Shown: in pieces, positions 58,538 through 64,000 of the stretch
How the letters are laid out: each line of letters begins with the position of its first letter
Numbering within the stretch: the stretch's first letter is position 1
Assembly (NCBI GenBank): GCA_964431555.1
Contig: CAYSJW010000015.1
Coordinates: 41,573-105,572 of the forward strand
Direction: 5' to 3'
DNA length: 64,000 nt
DNA from: an uncultured Gammaproteobacteria bacterium
GTDB lineage: Bacteria; Patescibacteriota; Microgenomatia; UBA8517
Position numbers and translations under genes: made by a program
Notes under the pieces: generated by a model
Seen by the model: only the letters and a program-made list of their open reading frames with translations
The model's database searches: none
What the model was told of the DNA's origin: nothing

Positions 58538-58589
58538 TAAGGGAAAAATAATTTCGAAATCATAAAGGTCATATTAATAAATAAAATTT

Positions 58590-59420
58590 ATGGGAAAAAC
58601 AAAAACAGTTCTAGTAACAGGCGAAAGCGCTGAAAAAAGCGGTAAATTATCCTATGAGGAAAAAAGGAAAAGAAAACTTGAAGCCTTAAAACAAGAAGAG
58701 CTAAAAAAAGTTAAAGTTGAAGGTTTGGGATTGAAAGGCGGTCAAAGAATAAAGATAGTTAGCGGAGAATTGCCCCCAGAGGAAGAAACTTTAAAAACAA
58801 CCAAAGAAGAAACCCCAAAAATCACTCCCAAAAAAATTAAAAAAAGAAGCAAGAAATATCTTTCGGTTAAATCGCAAATTGACAAAAGTAAATCATATCC
58901 CATAAAAGAAGCCATAGAATTAATCAAAAAAACCTCCTATTCAAAATTCGAGGGAACAATGGAACTTCACCTTGTCGTCAAAAAACAAGGTTTGAGTTTT
59001 AATATCGAACTCCCCCACTCTTTCGGCAAGAGCAAAAAAGTTGAGATAGCAAATGATAAAACAATTGAAAAATTAAAATCGGGAAGGATTGACTTTGATA
59101 TTCTTTTGGCAACTCCTGATATAATGCCCAAACTTATCCCCTTTGCAAAAACTTTAGGTCCAAAAGGCTTAATGCCAAATCCAAAAAACGGGACACTTAT
59201 TAAATCAGAAAAGGAGGCTGAAAAATTCTCTGGAAACTCAATTACAGTTAAAACCGAAAAAGAGCAACCTGTAATTCACACAATTATCGGCAAAGTAAAT
59301 CAGGAGGAAAAAGAATTGGAAGAAAACGCTGAAGCAATTTTAGACACTATTGGTAAAAAACAAATCCTTAAAGCCTACATAAAATCCACCATGAGCCCGT
59401 CTTTAAAACTGGAACTCTAA
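58590..59420 (+). CDS. rplA: 50S ribosomal protein uL1 with N-terminal extension
   Basis: LPHSFGK, FDILLATP, LGPKGLMPNPKNGT, STMSP. Confidence 0.93.
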   Translation: MGKTKTVLVTGESAEKSGKLSYEEKRKRKLEALKQEELKKVKVEGLGLKGGQRIKIVSGELPPEEETLKTTKEETPKITPKKIKKRSKKYLSVKSQIDKSKSYPIKEAIELIKKTSYSKFEGTMELHLVVKKQGLSFNIELPHSFGKSKKVEIANDKTIEKLKSGRIDFDILLATPDIMPKLIPFAKTLGPKGLMPNPKNGTLIKSEKEAEKFSGNSITVKTEKEQPVIHTIIGKVNQEEKELEENAEAILDTIGKKQILKAYIKSTMSPSLKLEL

Positions 59421-61249
59421 TTTCCACCAAAATCATTTTCTCCAAGATCAAGAACCTCTGGTTTAATAACTAATGTCATTCTTCCTTTTTCTCGATCAAG
59501 ATCAACATAACGAACGAAAAACACTACCAAAGCTTCAACCCCATGACTTCTTATCCCAGATTCTGTTTCATACCCAACTGCAAAACCAATATAATTACCC
59601 AATGATTGATCGTTTTTCAATTCTATAGGAATAATACTACCATCATCACCTACACTACTAATTTCTATCAATGGCTGACCGTTCGTATCCAATCCCGAAA
59701 ATGTAATGTCAAAACGTCCAAAATCTAAATCTTCCAATACTGTTGCAGTTGCTGATACATTGATCTGGCCCCAAAACCGATCATTTTCAACATTAATGAG
59801 ATCTTTAAAAGTAGTACCTTTAGGTACTCTCAAATTAGCACTTATTTTTTCCCCATTTTTAATTGGAATCTCAACCCATGGATTCGGTATTTTACTAGCT
59901 TCTAGAAAATCAATAAACGGCAGCATAATATTTCCTGATTCATCACCCATTTTGTACAAATTATCCAAAAATTTGTCTCTTAATCTCAAGGAAGTGAATT
60001 CTGACAAGCTCATATCAGTTGAATGCGTATTCTTTTTTTCTACCCATTCGCCACAATTCTCAGATAAAGTATAAGCTCCAACTCCTGCGGGAGTTGCTAA
60101 TATTACAACAAACCCTATAAAGGGCAGGTAGTTAATTACAGCTTGGCTGGCTTGGCTAGCATTAAATATTGCACGATAAACTTCTTTTGGCATTCGAGTA
60201 TAAATATTTTCAGTATAAGTTAAGATACCAGGATCCTTAACAAACTTCACATTTGGGTATAAATTCCTTAAATATTCCAACGTTTTTGAATTGATCCCTT
60301 CTGGATAATATATTGCATTGATTCTATTATGAGGAATAAATCCAGCGCTTAGAATTGCATTCGGATTATTTTGATTTTTAGTATATACGACCTCAACTTC
60401 CTCCAAAGCATACTCGACCAAAACTGGAGTTCTCATAGAATCTTGTATAATACCCACTTGACTCTTTGTATATACTTTAGTAATTTCATCCCATAAATCA
60501 ACTCTTTGCTTATTAAATTGAATTTGCCATAACAAATTATCATAAAGTACTTTTTGTTCTTGAGTTGCATAACCTCCATCAATAAGAGGTTTAAGTTTTG
60601 CTATTTCACCTTCTAAATCAAGCACTACTTTAGTTGCTAATTTCGGATCCCACAATCTGCCTTTTACTATTTTATTGGCATAATCAACTGCCGTTTGATA
60701 CCCCACACCTAATGGAAGATCCTCACTTCGCTGAGTAGCTACCCATAGTCCACTAGGATTTATATTTCTAGTATTTGCATAATTTGGTATCTTAACATTG
60801 TGCCTGGTAAAAATTCCACCCGGGAATTTTTCAGATATTCTTTCAAAAGACGAAAGCCCTTCAAAATTAGTCACAACTTCTTCGGGGTATCCCAACTCCT
60901 TCAACACCTTTCCACTAATAAGACTCCATACTACCGTTCCATGATGAGAAGGAATTAACCCTCTATTTCGTATTTCTTGTATTGATCTTAAAGCTTCCGG
61001 AGGAATCCCTTCAATGGTTTTAGGCAACTCAGACAAACCACTACCAATGGGGTTCTCGGGTGGTTTAACTCCATTGCACGCCGCAAGGACAGCTGCTCCT
61101 AATGATGTGGCAGCTACTTTTAAAAATTCTCTTCTAGTTACTGGATTTTGAGGGTTTTGACCAGTTGTTTCAAGTTCATTTCCAACAGTTGGAAATTCTT
61201 GATTTGTGTTTACTCGATTCGTGTTTAGTCCTTTTATTTCTTTACTCAT
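59417..61249 (-). CDS. Twin-arginine lipoprotein with putative ADP-ribosyltransferase-like domain
   Basis: TRREFLK plus LAAC lipobox; HHGT...GLSS...AVDYA...PVLVEY...IPHNRINAIY; internal hydrophobic helix. Confidence 0.6.
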   Translation of the reverse strand: MSKEIKGLNTNRVNTNQEFPTVGNELETTGQNPQNPVTRREFLKVAATSLGAAVLAACNGVKPPENPIGSGLSELPKTIEGIPPEALRSIQEIRNRGLIPSHHGTVVWSLISGKVLKELGYPEEVVTNFEGLSSFERISEKFPGGIFTRHNVKIPNYANTRNINPSGLWVATQRSEDLPLGVGYQTAVDYANKIVKGRLWDPKLATKVVLDLEGEIAKLKPLIDGGYATQEQKVLYDNLLWQIQFNKQRVDLWDEITKVYTKSQVGIIQDSMRTPVLVEYALEEVEVVYTKNQNNPNAILSAGFIPHNRINAIYYPEGINSKTLEYLRNLYPNVKFVKDPGILTYTENIYTRMPKEVYRAIFNASQASQAVINYLPFIGFVVILATPAGVGAYTLSENCGEWVEKKNTHSTDMSLSEFTSLRLRDKFLDNLYKMGDESGNIMLPFIDFLEASKIPNPWVEIPIKNGEKISANLRVPKGTTFKDLINVENDRFWGQINVSATATVLEDLDFGRFDITFSGLDTNGQPLIEISSVGDDGSIIPIELKNDQSLGNYIGFAVGYETESGIRSHGVEALVVFFVRYVDLDREKGRMTLVIKPEVLDLGENDFGGN

Positions 61250-61260
61250 AATTAACTCAT

Positions 61261-61330
61261 AAAAAAACCTCCTTAGAGTTCAAGAAGGTTTGAAATAAAA
61301 AAATTCAAACCTCCTTATTTTTCAAGGAGG
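61261..61330 (-). promoter_or_regulatory. Attenuator-like RNA (1:2, 2:3, 3:4 hairpins; 3:4 runs into a U-tract), copy 1
   Basis: Segments CCUCCUU / AAGGAGGUUUGAA / UUCAAACCUUCUU / AAGGAGGUUUUUUU. Confidence 0.75.
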
Positions 61331-61380
61331 AGAAAATTGCAATTAATTTTGAGATATTTTTCAAAGATAAATAACCTCAT
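61315..61380 (-). CDS. Putative leader peptide MRLFIFEKYLKINCNFLLLEK, copy 1
   Basis: Starts ~20 nt after the predicted TSS; stop codon overlaps the start of attenuator segment 2. Confidence 0.55.
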   Translation of the reverse strand: MRLFIFEKYLKINCNFLLLEK

Positions 61381-61406
61381 AATTAAAAATTAAAAAACTA
61401 TTTGGT

Positions 61407-61435
61407 ATTTTAAATAACTATAAGATATTTGTCAA
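61407..61435 (-). promoter_or_regulatory. Sigma70 promoter, copy 1
   Basis: TTGACA-17 nt-TAAAAT. Confidence 0.85.
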
Positions 61436-61516
61436 CGACAGATATTCTTAAACAAAATTATTTTACTTACATCACCACATTTTAATATATACTCCACATA
61501 TGATAAAATTATGAAA

Positions 61517-61792
61517 ATGTCTAAAGAAATAAATGCTAAATGCCCCTGGTTGGATGGAAATGGATGTTGTACCAGGCAAGCTTGTGCGCTAGCATCACTA
61601 AAAAGAACTGAAACAAACAAAAACAATCCCCTTCAATTTGATCCAGAATATTTAAATAATATGATAAACCAACTGCCTTCCCAAGCTTATTTAGATGATG
61701 ATGAACAAATTATTTGCCTTGTAGCCGATAATCCAAAATTACAGAAAACATGTTCCGGCTATATAACAATACCCAAAACCAACTCACACTAG
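61517..61792 (+). CDS. Small Cys-rich hypothetical protein
   Basis: Six Cys (CPW...GCC...AC...IC...TC); TGaTAAAAT 7 nt before ATG 61517 (alternative start 61511). Confidence 0.65.
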   Translation: MSKEINAKCPWLDGNGCCTRQACALASLKRTETNKNNPLQFDPEYLNNMINQLPSQAYLDDDEQIICLVADNPKLQKTCSGYITIPKTNSH

Positions 61793-61992
61793 ACAAATTA
61801 AATAACCAGATATCTTAATATCTTTTATTTCCCAAAAAGTTTCTTTATTGACCTCACAATATACTAATTTCTTGAAACCATCAATATTTCCATAATTCAT
61901 TTCTGCTTGATAAAAAAAGTAATTTAAAAGTAAAAGATTAGAAGTTAATTAACTTGTCCTGCTAACTTTTTAATTAAAAAATCTATAAACTC

Positions 61993-63099
61993 CTATTCTA
62001 TTATTATCACCGGCAAAGTTCTATCCCCTACAGTTTTTGGATCGATATAATAAGAATCGTAAGAACCAAAAGTATTTTTAATTTGATCCAAAGTCATGTG
62101 AATTATTTTTATTTTTTTGCCCAAACAATTTATTAAAGCAAGTTTTCGTGCATATAAATCAAAAGTATACTCTTCTTCGTCCAATACAGATTGCTCTGGT
62201 ATCACAACAACTCTTTTACTTATATCACAAGTATGTTCAATCAAATATCTAATATCAAGTATATTTGGAGCTATTAAAACAGCTTCATCAAACGGTTTTT
62301 TTAACTTAGATGGTTTAATCTCAAAAAGATCAAGTTTATAAAATGCCGCGAATGAAGTTTCCCTTATAGATGGCTCTACTCTACCCTGCAGATTTGGAAG
62401 AGAATCTGGATATTCTTTAAAAGGTACATAGTCTAAATCTACTGCTATTACTGTTCTTCCCTCGCGCAACTGAGATTGCTGCAGTGGGGATAACGTAGAC
62501 GAAGGACCCACATTTAAAACCAACTCTCTTCCATCATCAGAAGTAGCTTCAACCAAACCATATAATGATTCAAGAGCTTGCTCTCTATATCTATTAGGAT
62601 CACTAGAAAGATGAGCAGTCATATCATAGTAAGGAGTATTTTCAGCTTCACCACCAAAAATCTGGACTATTTTTACTGCTGAACTTCCATACTTTCCCCA
62701 CCATTCTGCGGTTCTAACTGCACCCTCTATAGACTCTGGATTAATAAATAATACATATTCTTTTCCCATATTTCTTATTGCTTCATCTGGAGGGGGTGGA
62801 TTTAGTGGATTAAATCCCTGACGGCTACAAAAAGGGTTAGAACTAGAACCTATACCCTCACATAAACCTCTCAATGCTTCTTTAATCTTTTGTTCTAAAT
62901 TATCCTTGCCACCTCCTACATTACACGCCGCAAGGACAGTTCCTGGTCCAAAAAGGAAGGCTACTTTTAAAAATTCTCTTCTAGTAGTTACTGGATTTTG
63001 AGGGTTTTGACTAGTTGTTCCAAGTTCATTTCCAACAGTTGGAAATCCTTGATTTGTGTTTACTCGATTCGTGTTTAGTCCTTTTATTTCTTTACTCAT
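61993..63099 (-). CDS. Twin-arginine lipoprotein with putative class I methyltransferase-like domain
   Basis: TRREFLK plus LAAC; LVLNVGPSS, VIAVDLD, KLDLFE, PFDEAVLIAP in Rossmann MTase order. Confidence 0.6.
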   Translation of the reverse strand: MSKEIKGLNTNRVNTNQGFPTVGNELGTTSQNPQNPVTTRREFLKVAFLFGPGTVLAACNVGGGKDNLEQKIKEALRGLCEGIGSSSNPFCSRQGFNPLNPPPPDEAIRNMGKEYVLFINPESIEGAVRTAEWWGKYGSSAVKIVQIFGGEAENTPYYDMTAHLSSDPNRYREQALESLYGLVEATSDDGRELVLNVGPSSTLSPLQQSQLREGRTVIAVDLDYVPFKEYPDSLPNLQGRVEPSIRETSFAAFYKLDLFEIKPSKLKKPFDEAVLIAPNILDIRYLIEHTCDISKRVVVIPEQSVLDEEEYTFDLYARKLALINCLGKKIKIIHMTLDQIKNTFGSYDSYYIDPKTVGDRTLPVIIIE

Positions 63100-63110
63100 A
63101 ATTAACTCAT

Positions 63111-63179
63111 AAAAAAACCTCCTAATTTTAAGGAAGTTTGAAATAAAAAAAATTCAAACCTCCTTATTTTTCAAGGAGG
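63111..63179 (-). promoter_or_regulatory. Attenuator-like RNA, copy 2
   Basis: Segments CCUCCUU / AAGGAGGUUUGAA / UUCAAACUUCCUU / AGGAGGUUUUUUU. Confidence 0.75.
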
Positions 63180-63229
63180 AGAAAATTGCAATTAATTTTG
63201 AGATATTTTTCAAAGATAAATAACCTCAT
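63164..63229 (-). CDS. Putative leader peptide, copy 2
   Basis: Identical 21-codon ORF to 61315-61380. Confidence 0.55.
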   Translation of the reverse strand: MRLFIFEKYLKINCNFLLLEK

Positions 63230-63255
63230 AATTAAAAATTAAAAAACTATTTGGT

Positions 63256-63284
63256 ATTTTAAATAACTATAAGATATTTGTCAA
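63256..63284 (-). promoter_or_regulatory. Sigma70 promoter, copy 2
   Basis: TTGACA-17 nt-TAAAAT. Confidence 0.85.
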
Positions 63285-63543
63285 ATTTATTTCTAGGAAA
63301 CGGACTCACTACAAATATTCTACAATTATTCTACAATCTCAAATTACACAATAAAGAATAAATATTTCTACCCAATTATTTAATTTTTTCATGATAATAT
63401 AATTTTAAACACTCAAGTCATACAAACACTCTTTCATCAATAATTAAAAATCACTTAATTTTAAACATTTATAATAGTTAAATTAACTATTGAAATAACC
63501 TAAAATATAATAGAAAATACATAATCATAGAATAACAAAAAAT

Positions 63544-64000
63544 ATGGAACTCGGCACAGCAGATGAAATCGCACTTCGAAGAGATGAAGCCACTAAACCA
63601 GAGTCATCTATTGAAAAATTATCTAGATTAAATGAACTATTAAAAGGGGAAGAAGAACTTAAACCAGAAGAACAAAAGGAATGGGTATCTTTGGCAGTGG
63701 ATTTACTAAAAGAACAAAGAGAAAAAAATCCTACACTTAATCAACTAGCAGAATCATTGAATATTCCAAAAAATCTTATTGGAAAGGCAACTGAATTAAC
63801 TCCAGACAAAATTGAAGAACTCCTTACTGAAGGAGTACATCATTCTTTCCGAGATATGTTAAATAACACAAAAGGTACAATTCTTGATCTACTTAGATAT
63901 AGAAAACCCATTTCTTCCTTATTATCTGAAAGCTTTATTACTCCAGAAGGTGGTATTTTACCAACAAAAACTTCCCTATACGATTCTAATCCTCAAAGAA
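63544..64000 (+). CDS. Hypothetical protein, runs off the window end
   Basis: Open frame MELGTADEIALRRDEATKPESSIEKLSRLNELLK... with no stop before 64000. Confidence 0.7.
   Translation, partial: MELGTADEIALRRDEATKPESSIEKLSRLNELLKGEEELKPEEQKEWVSLAVDLLKEQREKNPTLNQLAESLNIPKNLIGKATELTPDKIEELLTEGVHHSFRDMLNNTKGTILDLLRYRKPISSLLSESFITPEGGILPTKTSLYDSNPQR

Larger units (their letters stand above)
61073..61435 (-). repeat. Promoter-leader-signal-peptide module, copy 1
   Basis: Near-identical direct repeat of 62919-63284; ends exactly at the -35 box and just after the lipobox Cys. Confidence 0.95.
62919..63284 (-). repeat. Promoter-leader-signal-peptide module, copy 2
   Basis: Direct repeat of 61073-61435. 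Confidence 0.95.

Noticed and set aside
61250-61406. Leader as a T-box or metabolite riboswitch
   Set aside because: No UGGNACC T-box or recognisable aptamer; sequence is simple and AU-rich.
61073-63284. Duplicated block as a DGR template/variable pair or IS ends
   Set aside because: Differences are not adenine-specific, the repeat covers promoter and N-terminus, and no reverse transcriptase or transposase lies between the copies.
1-64000. CRISPR array or cas genes
   Set aside because: No regularly spaced repeat-spacer series; repeats are dispersed palindromes or heptamers.
1-64000. Alternative genetic code (TGA as Gly or Trp)
   Set aside because: Conserved genes such as folA, topA and rplK end at TGA at expected lengths and no ORFs are fragmented.

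Overview
Low-GC chromosomal segment using the standard genetic code (TGA used as stop, tRNA-Trp(CCA)). Gene content and protein styles (short EF-Ts, short ProRS, streamlined L1, GlmU lacking its acetyltransferase domain, cohesin/PT-rich and DNRLRE surface proteins) suggest a Patescibacteria/CPR organism of the Microgenomates group; this is inference. Most of the window is housekeeping: folD-glyA-tmk / thyA-folA, topA-dprA-mrdA-mreB, def-fmt, queA, cysS, recR-ybaB-dnaX-ybeY, proS-rseP-frr-tsf-rpsB, rpsU, rnhB, secE-nusG, rplK-rplA, plus four tRNAs and rpmG (missed by the ORF track). The main unexplained structure is a ~360-bp module present twice (61.07-61.44 kb and 62.92-63.28 kb). It carries a near-consensus sigma70 promoter, a 21-codon leader ORF, a four-segment attenuator-like RNA with structure-preserving differences between copies, an M-S-stop mini-ORF and a twin-arginine lipoprotein signal. 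Each copy is fused to a different enzyme-like cargo (ADP-ribosyltransferase-like or methyltransferase-like). Other observations: a promoter-driven 188-nt structured ncRNA; apparently pervasive leaderless genes contrasting with an extended Shine-Dalgarno at rpsU and a few other genes; a RAYT transposase with its own REP family and a second REP family; and a divergent CCA/poly(A)-type nucleotidyltransferase. All assignments were made by eye; no database searches or folding programs were run.
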